From the UHGV virus genome UHGV-0117864: DNA of 38,253 bases. The stretch is one strand, 5' to 3'. Shown in pieces: positions 7,875-15,965 of this stretch (the stretch's first letter is position 1; the number at the start of each line of letters is the position of its first letter). Source of the DNA: a virus. The translations under genes and the position numbers were made by a program. The notes under the pieces are model-generated. The model did no database searches. It saw only the letters and a program-made list of their open reading frames with translations, and was not told where the DNA came from.

Positions 7875-8636
7875 ATGGCTTATTATTTTTATAGATTATT
7901 TGAAGTTGATATGAATACTCCGATTGGAAAAAAATTAATTACTGATGATGTAATAATCAGTGATAATAGAGAAACAGCAAAACAGTTAATTATTAATAAA
8001 CATGGCAATTACCCCTTTAGAAAAACAAAAACGATGATATCAGGGGAACGTTATTACTATCTATCAGACAGCAATGAATACTGGTATAAATATCATCACG
8101 AAGAATATAAAATGAAATGTGATATATGCGGAAAAGTATTTACAGTAATCGGAGGAAAAAAATTGTATAATCACCAAAATAAATATGGAAGTTATTGTTC
8201 TTCCGCATGCCGTGATGAATTAATGAATAAAATACGCTCTAATGATCCATGGATTGATGAAAATGATCATTTAGGTATCCCTAAAGATAATGAAAATAAT
8301 TTAGCAGGATATATTTACAGGATAACAAATAAACATACGCTTAAAAGCTATATAGGTAAAACAATAAAACCGCCACTATTTCGATGGTGGCAGCATCTAA
8401 AAGTAAGTAATAAATTTGAACAATATAATCTAAGCGATTTGGTTTTTGAAGTTTTAGAAATTGTAATTTTTGATGAAAAATCAGATGGTAAAAAATATTC
8501 GTCAAAAGATGATAAATTGGCACATAGAGAAATGTTTTACATAACACATAATCAGACTGCTGATGAAGGATTAAATAAAATGATTGAAACATCTAAAATT
8601 GAAACACAGCTTAGTTTAAAACTTGAAGAATGTTGA
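7875..8636 (+). CDS. Zn-finger plus GIY-YIG nuclease
   Basis: CDICGKVF...YCSSAC; GYIYRITNKHTLKSYIGKT..RW.QH; E in LAHREMFYI; GLN. Confidence 0.85.
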   Translation: MAYYFYRLFEVDMNTPIGKKLITDDVIISDNRETAKQLIINKHGNYPFRKTKTMISGERYYYLSDSNEYWYKYHHEEYKMKCDICGKVFTVIGGKKLYNHQNKYGSYCSSACRDELMNKIRSNDPWIDENDHLGIPKDNENNLAGYIYRITNKHTLKSYIGKTIKPPLFRWWQHLKVSNKFEQYNLSDLVFEVLEIVIFDEKSDGKKYSSKDDKLAHREMFYITHNQTADEGLNKMIETSKIETQLSLKLEEC

Positions 8637-8639
8637 GAG

Positions 8640-9314
8640 GTGAAAGTGATGGAGACTAAAGTTAGACAAAGCAATTACATAACAATTTTAGGATGGATGG
8701 TTTCAGAATTAGGATTAAGTGGAAGTGCACTGCTTATTTATGCAATTATTTACGGTTTTTCACAAAATGGTGATGATTCTTATACTGGGAGTAGACAATA
8801 TTTAGCGGATTGGACCAATACTACAAAAAGAAATGTAACTAAAGTATTAAATGTTCTTGTTGAAAACGGATTGATTATCAAAGAAGAAAAAGAGAAAAAT
8901 GGTGTTAAATTTTGCAGTTACAAAGTAGTGTCACAAAGTTCACCAGGGGTGAAAAAAGTTCACGGGGGTGGTGAAAAAAGTTCACCCAATAATATAGAAT
9001 ATAATACTAGTAATATATATAGTGCAAAATTTGATAAAAATGATGCATTTAAAAGATTCTGGAGTGTATATCCAAGACATACGAACAAGAAAAAAGCATT
9101 TGATGTTTTTGTTAAAAAATGTACCGATGAAACTGTACTGCAAAAGATGTTAAGCGCAGTTGTTGATTATAAAGAGACAGAACAGTGGCAGAATGAAAGA
9201 TTTATCCCTCATGCTTCTACATGGCTTAACGGCGAAAGATGGGAAGATGAAATCAATCCAGCTTCTAAAAGTAATTCAAATGATGATAATGAATGGATGA
9301 GCGGATATGAATAA
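8640..9314 (+). CDS. Phage replication initiator (N-terminal wHTH, C-terminal helical domain)
   Basis: LLIYAIIYGFSQ..YTGSRQYLADW; FKRFWSVYPRHTNKKKA...FIPHASTWLNGERWEDE; internal iterons; upstream of helicase. Confidence 0.88.
   Translation: MKVMETKVRQSNYITILGWMVSELGLSGSALLIYAIIYGFSQNGDDSYTGSRQYLADWTNTTKRNVTKVLNVLVENGLIIKEEKEKNGVKFCSYKVVSQSSPGVKKVHGGGEKSSPNNIEYNTSNIYSAKFDKNDAFKRFWSVYPRHTNKKKAFDVFVKKCTDETVLQKMLSAVVDYKETEQWQNERFIPHASTWLNGERWEDEINPASKSNSNDDNEWMSGYE
8928..9030. promoter_or_regulatory. Putative replication origin: iterons plus AT-rich tract
   Basis: AAAGTTCAC x3 (GGTGAAAAAAGTTCAC at 8948 and 8970, variant at 8928) followed by an AT-rich stretch, inside the initiator gene as in lambda O. 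Confidence 0.75.
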
Positions 9315-10500
9315 TTATCAGGATGATCTAATCGGTATGTTTCTTGTTAAACCGCAATTATTGGATTTAACGATTCTAAAACCATCATATTTCGATGAGA
9401 AGCATCGCGATATATTTACTGCTATAAAAAAGTCGTATAAGGAAAATAAAACTATTATTTTAGAGGATATCCTAGCAGTAAAGGAAATTGATGTTGATCT
9501 TGTTATTGACTGTTCTACAAGTACCGCAACAACTGCTCTATTTGAACAGTATCAGGATTACGCGATTAAGGAGTATAAAAAGAAAGCCTTATTAGCAACT
9601 GCTAAAAAGCTCCAGAATGATGAAATTACAATTGATGAATTTTACAAGGATACAAACAATTTTGCATCTTTAGGGTCTTATTCATCGACGAGGCTTACTA
9701 AAGAACTGCTCAAAGGTTCAATTACCAAGCATAAGAACAATATCAAATTTACAAGGTTTAGTAATTTAGAAAAGAAGCTTAATTTAAAGGAAAATGACTT
9801 TGTTATACTTGCCGGTGCTACTGGTGTAGGTAAATCGGGTATTGCTATAAATTTGATGGATGATCTATCTCGCAATTATCCTTGTGTATATTTCAATTTC
9901 GAAATGGTAGAAGAGGAGCTGTATCAAAGGCTTATTTCTATCAATTCAAAATTAAATCAAAAAATGCTAGAGAGTTATGAAACATTGCCACAAAAAAATA
10001 TGAGCATTGTTAATGATGCAATAGATGATATTTCAAAAAGACATATTGACATTATAAATCATTCATCGACATTGGATAAATTAAGATCATTCATTATGAG
10101 CTATAAAAGCGATAAGCATTTTATAGTGTTTGTGGACCATGTAGGGCTTATTGGTGTACGGGCTAAGAACAGTTATGAAAAAATGACAGAAGTAGCCAAG
10201 GAGCTAAGAAAAATGAGTTTGGATAACAACTGTACGATTATTGGACTTTGTCAATTAAACAGAGAAGCAACTAAAAACGCTAAGCAGCCTAATTTATCAA
10301 TGTTAAGAGATTCGGGCGAGCTTGAACAGAGCGCAAGCAAAGTTATATTTGTCTGGAAGGACGAAAAAAGCAATGCAGAAAATTATTATCTGGTAATCGA
10401 AAAAAATAGAAGCGGTCCTAAATCAATCATTCCAATAGGCTACAACAAAGAAAATCAGATTGCTTATGAATTAAGCAATAAGAGAGATTTAAGGACATAG
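9307..10500 (+). CDS. dnaB: DnaB-like replicative helicase
   Basis: Walker A AGATGVGKS; FNFEM; VFVDHVGL; LCQLNR; LRDSGELEQSA; IEKNRSG. Confidence 0.95.
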   Translation: MNNYQDDLIGMFLVKPQLLDLTILKPSYFDEKHRDIFTAIKKSYKENKTIILEDILAVKEIDVDLVIDCSTSTATTALFEQYQDYAIKEYKKKALLATAKKLQNDEITIDEFYKDTNNFASLGSYSSTRLTKELLKGSITKHKNNIKFTRFSNLEKKLNLKENDFVILAGATGVGKSGIAINLMDDLSRNYPCVYFNFEMVEEELYQRLISINSKLNQKMLESYETLPQKNMSIVNDAIDDISKRHIDIINHSSTLDKLRSFIMSYKSDKHFIVFVDHVGLIGVRAKNSYEKMTEVAKELRKMSLDNNCTIIGLCQLNREATKNAKQPNLSMLRDSGELEQSASKVIFVWKDEKSNAENYYLVIEKNRSGPKSIIPIGYNKENQIAYELSNKRDLRT

Positions 10501-10513
10501 GAGGATTTAGAAA

Positions 10514-10726
10514 ATGAACAAAAGCGAAAAGCAATATAAAGATGAAATTATAGACAAAAATAGCATTTTTGATGAATTACTTGTACAAGATGATAAAACA
10601 CATCTTTTTATAGTAAGAACATCAAACCGAGGTACTGTTATTGACCCAGGTGAACTAACCGTAGATTTAATTAAGGATGCAATAAAAAAAGATGATTATA
10701 TCTTTATAAAAAGAACAGAAATTTAA
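10514..10726 (+). CDS. Hypothetical protein
   Basis: GGAGG RBS, 70 aa. Confidence 0.75.
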   Translation: MNKSEKQYKDEIIDKNSIFDELLVQDDKTHLFIVRTSNRGTVIDPGELTVDLIKDAIKKDDYIFIKRTEI

Positions 10727-10727
10727 C

Positions 10728-10823
10728 AAAAACTATTTTGATTAAAAAATCTCTCTAATTCGTTGGTAGACAAGGAATTAGAGAGAAAATATAAATGCAA
10801 TATAACATCTTGGATATATTGCG
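10728..10823 (+). repeat. 96-bp direct repeat copy 2 (putative tyrosine-recombinase site)
   Basis: Offset exactly 5290 from copy 1; TCTCTCTAATTC-N13-GAATTAGAGAGA and GCAATATAA-CATCTTGG-ATATATTGC. Confidence 0.9.
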
Positions 10824-10842
10824 TCATTTAAGAGGAGGAAAC

Positions 10843-11034
10843 ATGGGTAAAATTATTGAATATGAAACACCTGAAAATTGTTCTGATTGTAAATTTTATA
10901 GAGAAATTAATGATAATCAATATGGAATTTGTGAGTATTTTGAAAAGATATTAAAAAAAGAACATGGTTTCTTTTTTGGTTGGGATGGTATTAACAAATG
11001 TGATGGATGTGAGGAAAATAATGAAACTGATTAA
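10843..11034 (+). CDS. Small Cys-rich (metal-binding) protein
   Basis: GGAGG RBS before ATG 10843; PENCSDCKF...GICE...CDGC. Confidence 0.7.
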   Translation: MGKIIEYETPENCSDCKFYREINDNQYGICEYFEKILKKEHGFFFGWDGINKCDGCEENNETD

Positions 11035-11377
11035 ATTAGCAAGACGCAAAGGAAAAACAACAAGACTTATCAATAAGGCACATAATAGATCTATTTATAT
11101 TGTTTGTCCAAATATTCAGCGTGCTTATGATATTTTTGAAATGTCTCAAAAAATGAATAAAACCATTTTGTTTCCTATAGCCCTTGATGAATTGATCAAG
11201 TATGGTAATAAAGGAAATAATGTAAAAGAATATTTAATAGATGATATTGACGATATAGCTACAACGTTAATATATCGTTATCTATTAGCACCGCTTTCTG
11301 AAAGAGGAAAAGTATTGGAAGCCACTGCAACTAAAACGGATTTAGCAGATTTAATAGGTGCAATGTATGAAGAATGA
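11021..11377 (+). CDS. Minimal P-loop NTPase-like protein (118 aa)
   Basis: GAGG RBS; Walker A-like ARRKGKTT, IYIVCPN, Walker B-like YLIDDID. Confidence 0.65.
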   Translation: MKLIKLARRKGKTTRLINKAHNRSIYIVCPNIQRAYDIFEMSQKMNKTILFPIALDELIKYGNKGNNVKEYLIDDIDDIATTLIYRYLLAPLSERGKVLEATATKTDLADLIGAMYEE

Positions 11378-11591
11378 GAATTTAAGTGATGAGGTACTGT
11401 CTGATTATATTAAAAGATATGAAGCAGCTATTAATCACGTATTTAAAGATTATCCAAAGCAGCCAAGTATATACAGCCATGAAAGGCAGAAGTACAGTGG
11501 ACTGGACATAAATACATATATCTATATTGCAGATAATTATGAAACATTAAAGGAGAGGCTTAATGGAAGAAAAAGAGGTAACAAAAGCTGA
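11358..11591 (+). CDS. Hypothetical protein
   Basis: 77-aa ORF overlapping neighbours; probable start ATG 11367. Confidence 0.6.
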   Translation: MQCMKNENLSDEVLSDYIKRYEAAINHVFKDYPKQPSIYSHERQKYSGLDINTYIYIADNYETLKERLNGRKRGNKS

Positions 11592-12006
11592 TATAAATCA
11601 ATTTATCAGAGATGTGCAGAGCGCAGGTTATTATAACAAAAAAATAATCGCTATAAATTGTCAGTTAGAAGCTATAAATACAGAACTTGTAGGAGTAGCT
11701 TCTATAGCACCAAAAGACTACATGATTGAAAATAAAAAACCGTTCAGTCATCAAGGGATGCTCTCACTGATAGAAGATGAATCAAAACTCATCAGACAGA
11801 GAAATGAACATGAACAGTTTATATTATCAGTTGATAAATTATTTAATAGACTGCCGTTTAATATTCAACTTATGATGGTTGATTTATATATTAGAGAATT
11901 AAATCATACTAAGGTTGCTAAACATTATGGTTTTGATAGATCATATATGCATCGATTAATAAAAAAGGAAATAAAAAAATTAAAGAAGTCACAATGTGAC
12001 CGCTAA
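11563..12006 (+). CDS. ArpU/RinA-family late transcriptional activator
   Basis: Last early gene before HNH/terminase; C-terminal sigma-region-4-like HTH (LYIRELNHTKVAKHYGFDRSYMHRLIKKEI). Confidence 0.8.
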   Translation: MEEKEVTKADINQFIRDVQSAGYYNKKIIAINCQLEAINTELVGVASIAPKDYMIENKKPFSHQGMLSLIEDESKLIRQRNEHEQFILSVDKLFNRLPFNIQLMMVDLYIRELNHTKVAKHYGFDRSYMHRLIKKEIKKLKKSQCDR

Positions 12007-12020
12007 AAACGTGTTATTAT
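11988..12020 (+). promoter_or_regulatory. Putative late promoter with activator-binding palindrome
   Basis: GTCACA-A-TGTGAC at 11988-12000 in the -35 position, then TGTTATTAT extended -10, at the 3' end of the activator gene. Confidence 0.6.
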
Positions 12021-12077
12021 GATATTGTGGAAGTTTTGAAAGAACGCCATAACAACAGTTAATCAACACTTTACAGG

Positions 12078-12106
12078 AAGAAACTCGAAAGGGTTTCTTT
12101 TATTTT
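12078..12106 (+). terminator. Intrinsic terminator-like hairpin in the late leader
   Basis: AAGAAACTC-GAAA-GGGTTTCTT-TTATTTT. Confidence 0.65.
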
Positions 12107-12168
12107 AAACTGTCAATCATGTATGACATTCCTCTCCCTCAAGTCCTGCATGGCTGGCAGTTTAAAAT
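12102..12168 (+). ncRNA. Structured RNA hairpin with anti-Shine-Dalgarno-like loop
   Basis: ATTTTAAACTGTCA/TGGCAGTTTAAAAT, TCATGTA/TGCATGG and GAC/GTC with G-U pairs; loop ATTCCTCTCCCTCAA. Confidence 0.5.
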
Positions 12169-12171
12169 GAG

Positions 12172-12540
12172 GTGACAGAAAAGATGGATGAGAAACTACT
12201 TGAATTTATTAACGAGTGTATAAGGAAAGACGATATGCATGCATTCTATATTCGCAGCATATGGAAGAATAAAAGAAAGCATATTATCGAACGTGATCAC
12301 TGTGAATGTCAGGAGTGTAAACGAAACGGTAAAGTAACTATCGTCAAACCTAAAGCAAAAGAAAAATCACAGCGGGCATATGTTCATCATATAAAGCATC
12401 TGCGTGATTATCCGGAACTTGCATTAGAGGACAGCAATCTGGAAACTTTATGTTTCAGCTGTCACGAGCTGGAACATACAGATGAACGCCATAAATTTGA
12501 AACTGGAAAGGATAAATTTGTAAATGAGGAAAGATGGTAA
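12172..12540 (+). CDS. Terminase-associated HNH endonuclease (HK97 gp74-like)
   Basis: FY...WK.KR...RDH.ECQEC; VHHIK.L.DYPELAL..SNLETLC..CH..EH; upstream of terS. Confidence 0.92.
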   Translation: MTEKMDEKLLEFINECIRKDDMHAFYIRSIWKNKRKHIIERDHCECQECKRNGKVTIVKPKAKEKSQRAYVHHIKHLRDYPELALEDSNLETLCFSCHELEHTDERHKFETGKDKFVNEERW

Positions 12541-12659
12541 TAAGAAAACTGTAACATACTATAGAGGACATGAAGTCTTTGTAGTCGTTACAAAGAAAAA
12601 AAGAAACAGCAGAAATAAAAATACAAAATAATATTATTTTCTGACCAGGTTGTAAAACA

Positions 12660-12725
12660 GATACCCCCCCGTCAAAAAAATCCGGTCTTTAAACCTGTTA
12701 CTGGAGAACGGGGAGTGGGGATGAC
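12660..12725. other. Probable cos region
   Basis: TACCCCCCCGTCAAAAAAA...GGAGAACGGGGAGTGGGG between HNH and terS, the usual location and composition in Gram-positive cos phages; exact cut site unknown. Confidence 0.55.
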
Positions 12726-12767
12726 ATTTCATAAAAAATTCGCGCGTGTACATGAGGAGGTGATTTT

Positions 12768-13106
12768 ATGCGGATACCGAAAAAAAATCTAACAGCAGAG
12801 CAGTCTAGAATTAGAGAGGATTTAGAAAATCAGCTTAAGTACAAAGGGCTTGATGGAAAATATTTTCAGGACCTTGTAGAAGACTATATCTTTCTTCTTG
12901 TTAAAAAGGATACTCTTCAGGAAGATATCGATGAAAACGGTGTTAGGATCACAACCTATAATTCTAAAGGACTGCCGATTGAAAAGAAAAATGAAAGTTA
13001 TGATCTGCTGCTTAAATATAATCAGCAGATGATTAAAATTCTGGAATATCTGGGAATAAAGCCTAGTGAAAATACTGTATCAGGAGGAAGTGACGATGAA
13101 TTGTAG
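12768..13106 (+). CDS. terS: Terminase small subunit (P27 family)
   Basis: F.DLVEDY...L.EDI.ENGV...KKN.S...L.K.N.QM.KIL..LG.KP; GAGGAGG RBS. Confidence 0.9.
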   Translation: MRIPKKNLTAEQSRIREDLENQLKYKGLDGKYFQDLVEDYIFLLVKKDTLQEDIDENGVRITTYNSKGLPIEKKNESYDLLLKYNQQMIKILEYLGIKPSENTVSGGSDDEL

Positions 13107-14784
13107 ACTTCCTTTTTTTGTTGAAAGATATTTTGATTTTATGGACGATCATTGCGAAAAATTCTGCGAAGATCAATGGGCACTTAGAAAATTGATAATC
13201 AGAACTTTTGAAAATGATGATATTTATGTTGATGTAAAACAGGCAGAAAGTTATTTTGGATTATCAAAATATTTTGATTATGAAAGGATGTTTGAATGGC
13301 AGGAATTTGTTCTGGGGCTGCATTTATGTACATACTGGAGGAATTCCGGGCTTCCAAGGTGGCCCGATGCATTGATATTGATGGGACGTGGAAACGGCAA
13401 AGATGGTACTATATCACTTGAATCTCTTTCGCTTATAAGTCCATACAATCCTGTTAATGAGTATGATGTGGATATATGTGCAAATAATGAAACACAGGCA
13501 AAACGACCTGCAAAGGATATCGTAACAGCCTTTGAAAGAAACAGAAAGAAGATGCTGCGTTTTTTTCACTGGACTCAGGAGAGTATAAGAGGACTTAAAA
13601 GAAATTCGTTTATTCACGGACATACAAACAACGCCAAAGGAAAGGACGGTCTGCGTTCAGGCTGTGTTATTTTTAATGAGTACCATGCTTATGAAAATTA
13701 TGACAATATCAATGTTTTTACTACCGGACTTGGAAAAAAGAAACATCCCAGGCGTACGATCTACACGACTAATGGAAATGTGGTTGACGGTCCGCTTGAT
13801 GAACTTATAAAAAAATGTGAAGGAATACTTTATGAAGATAAGCCGGATGACGGACTGCTTCCGTTTATATGCCGGCTGAATTCAAAAAATGATGTGCATG
13901 ATGAAAAGAACTGGTATATGGCTAATCCATCACTCTTTTACATGCCGAATCTGTTGACCGAAATCAGAAAAGAGTATCGTGAATGGAAAGAAAATCCTGC
14001 AAGACTTCCGGATTTTATGACAAAACGAATGAATATAAGAGAGTCCAACAGTGAACTTGCGGTCACAAGCTGGGAGAATCTTGAAAAAACAGACAAAATA
14101 TATGACGGAAAACTTCGCGGTCATGAGTGTATAGCTGGCATCGATTTTTCTAAAACTACCGACTGGACAGCTGTAAATCTTCATTTTAAGGATGGAGACA
14201 TTAGAATCGATATGAATAAAGCATGGATATGCATGAACAATCCGGAAATTTCACGACTGACATGTCCGTATATGGACTGGGCGGAAAAAGGATATGTTGA
14301 GCTGGTTGATGATGTCGAAATCAGACCTAAAATGATTGCTGAATATATCAGGGAAAAAGGAAGAATCTACCGTATCAAAGCCATCTGCCTAGATGACTAC
14401 AGATATGATATTTTGCGGGACTGCCTTGAAGAAATTGGATATTCGATTGAAAGAAAAAATATTATTCTTATAAGACCAAGACATATCATGAAGATATACC
14501 CGATAATCGACCGATGTTTTGCTAATCAGTATTTTTACTGGGGTGAACAGCCTCATTTAAGATGGGCAACGAATAATACAAAACTCGTTCGCACAAAAAA
14601 ATCAACGCTTGCCACAGATGGTGAGCTTGATATGGGAAACTTTCTTTTTGGAAAGATCGAACCAAAATCACGAAAGACGGATCCATTCATGGCACTTGTG
14701 CATTCGATGTGCGGCGAAGACAAGCTGTCACCTGTATATAAAGTATCAAGAGCACGCAAAAGAGTACGCGTGAGTACCTTTTAG
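13096..14784 (+). CDS. terL: Terminase large subunit
   Basis: FEWQEF; Walker A MGRGNGKD; Walker B VIFNEYH; nuclease GIDFSKTTD; KTDPFMALVH. Confidence 0.96.
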   Translation: MNCRLPFFVERYFDFMDDHCEKFCEDQWALRKLIIRTFENDDIYVDVKQAESYFGLSKYFDYERMFEWQEFVLGLHLCTYWRNSGLPRWPDALILMGRGNGKDGTISLESLSLISPYNPVNEYDVDICANNETQAKRPAKDIVTAFERNRKKMLRFFHWTQESIRGLKRNSFIHGHTNNAKGKDGLRSGCVIFNEYHAYENYDNINVFTTGLGKKKHPRRTIYTTNGNVVDGPLDELIKKCEGILYEDKPDDGLLPFICRLNSKNDVHDEKNWYMANPSLFYMPNLLTEIRKEYREWKENPARLPDFMTKRMNIRESNSELAVTSWENLEKTDKIYDGKLRGHECIAGIDFSKTTDWTAVNLHFKDGDIRIDMNKAWICMNNPEISRLTCPYMDWAEKGYVELVDDVEIRPKMIAEYIREKGRIYRIKAICLDDYRYDILRDCLEEIGYSIERKNIILIRPRHIMKIYPIIDRCFANQYFYWGEQPHLRWATNNTKLVRTKKSTLATDGELDMGNFLFGKIEPKSRKTDPFMALVHSMCGEDKLSPVYKVSRARKRVRVSTF

Positions 14785-14798
14785 AAAGGGGGTGAATT

Positions 14799-15965
14799 AT
14801 GGCATTCAATTTTTTTAAATGGCTTGCAGGCAAAGATACTGCCCCCAAAAAAGCAGATACCAAAGCTGTATGTTTTCAGCTGGCAAGTGAGATTATGGTT
14901 AGGGAACTGGCCTTTAATCTTATTTCCAACAAGATAGCAAATGCGGTTTCAAAATGTACCGTAAATGTATATGAAAACAACAGGCGGGTAAAGAATGATG
15001 AGTGGTACAGATGGAATATTCAGCCAAACAGGAATCAAAGTGCTACACAGTTCTGGGCAAAACTGATCAATCATCTTTATGAAAATAATGAAGCACTTGT
15101 AGTAGTGAACAATGAAGAGCTTTATGTTGCAGATGACTATCAGCTGAATGATGATTCTGCATTTTTCGAACACTATTTTCAGCATGTTACAGTAAACAGT
15201 TTTACATATTCCAGAAACCTCAGAATGAGCGAGGTTTTTTATTTTAAGCTGAATTCTAAAAATCTTAGAACCTATCTTGACGGCACTCTTTCTCTTTATG
15301 CCGGTCTTATCAATGCGGCGTATTCAAGCTATCTTGTTGCAAACGGCAACAAGGGAATTTTGAAAATAGACCAGTTTGCAGAGCAGGGTGATGAGTTTGA
15401 AGATTATTTCAAACAGCTTGTCAATGAGGATTTTAAGACATTCTTTTCAAATGCAAATGCTGTCCTGCCTTTATTTGAGGGGTATGAATATAAGCAGCTG
15501 GAGAACAAAGGAACACAGTCTACTACAAGGGATTTCAAAGCGCTGCTTGACGATGTCATATCTCTTACGGCAAATGCGTTCAATGTACCCTCAGCCATAG
15601 CCAACGGCGATGTACAGGATACTTCAAAAGCAGTTAATGATTTTCTGACATTCTGCATTGATCCGCTGATAGAGATGTTCAGCGATGAAATGAACAGAAA
15701 ACTGTTTACAAAAGGACAGATACTGAAAGGCACATATGTAAAATTTGATACAAAAGCAATCAAACATATCGACCTGCTTGATGTTGCTACAGCAATTGAT
15801 AAGCTCATTTCAAGCGGATTTACTTGTATCAACGATCTTCGTGAGATTTGCGGTTTTGACAGAATCGACGAATCATGGGCTAATCAGTTCTTTATGACCA
15901 AGAACTATTCTACAGTCGAAGATCTCATGAAAGCACTGAAAGGAGGTGATGAAGATGAAGAATAA
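14799..15965 (+). CDS. Portal protein (HK97 family)
   Basis: WNIQPNRNQSA..FW; F...CIDPL; IDKLISSG...IN.LR; position after terL. Confidence 0.93.
   Translation: MAFNFFKWLAGKDTAPKKADTKAVCFQLASEIMVRELAFNLISNKIANAVSKCTVNVYENNRRVKNDEWYRWNIQPNRNQSATQFWAKLINHLYENNEALVVVNNEELYVADDYQLNDDSAFFEHYFQHVTVNSFTYSRNLRMSEVFYFKLNSKNLRTYLDGTLSLYAGLINAAYSSYLVANGNKGILKIDQFAEQGDEFEDYFKQLVNEDFKTFFSNANAVLPLFEGYEYKQLENKGTQSTTRDFKALLDDVISLTANAFNVPSAIANGDVQDTSKAVNDFLTFCIDPLIEMFSDEMNRKLFTKGQILKGTYVKFDTKAIKHIDLLDVATAIDKLISSGFTCINDLREICGFDRIDESWANQFFMTKNYSTVEDLMKALKGGDEDEE

Noticed and set aside
1161..9875. Minus-strand ORFs 1161-1391, 4565-4771, 8341-8592 and 9678-9875
   Set aside because: Antisense to better-supported genes, with composition typical of reverse-frame artefacts.
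5438..10823. 96-bp and 70-bp repeats as a CRISPR array or IS ends
   Set aside because: Only two copies each, kilobases apart and in direct orientation; no spacers, cas genes or transposase.
10795..10842. N-terminal extension MQYNILDILRHLRGGN of the ORF at 10795
   Set aside because: It runs through the repeat core; the GGAGG RBS supports a start at 10843.
13660..13690. TerL Walker B reading VIFNE instead of DE as an inactivating mutation
   Set aside because: The rest of the gene is intact and I recall NE variants in related Gram-positive terminases; not evidence of a defect.
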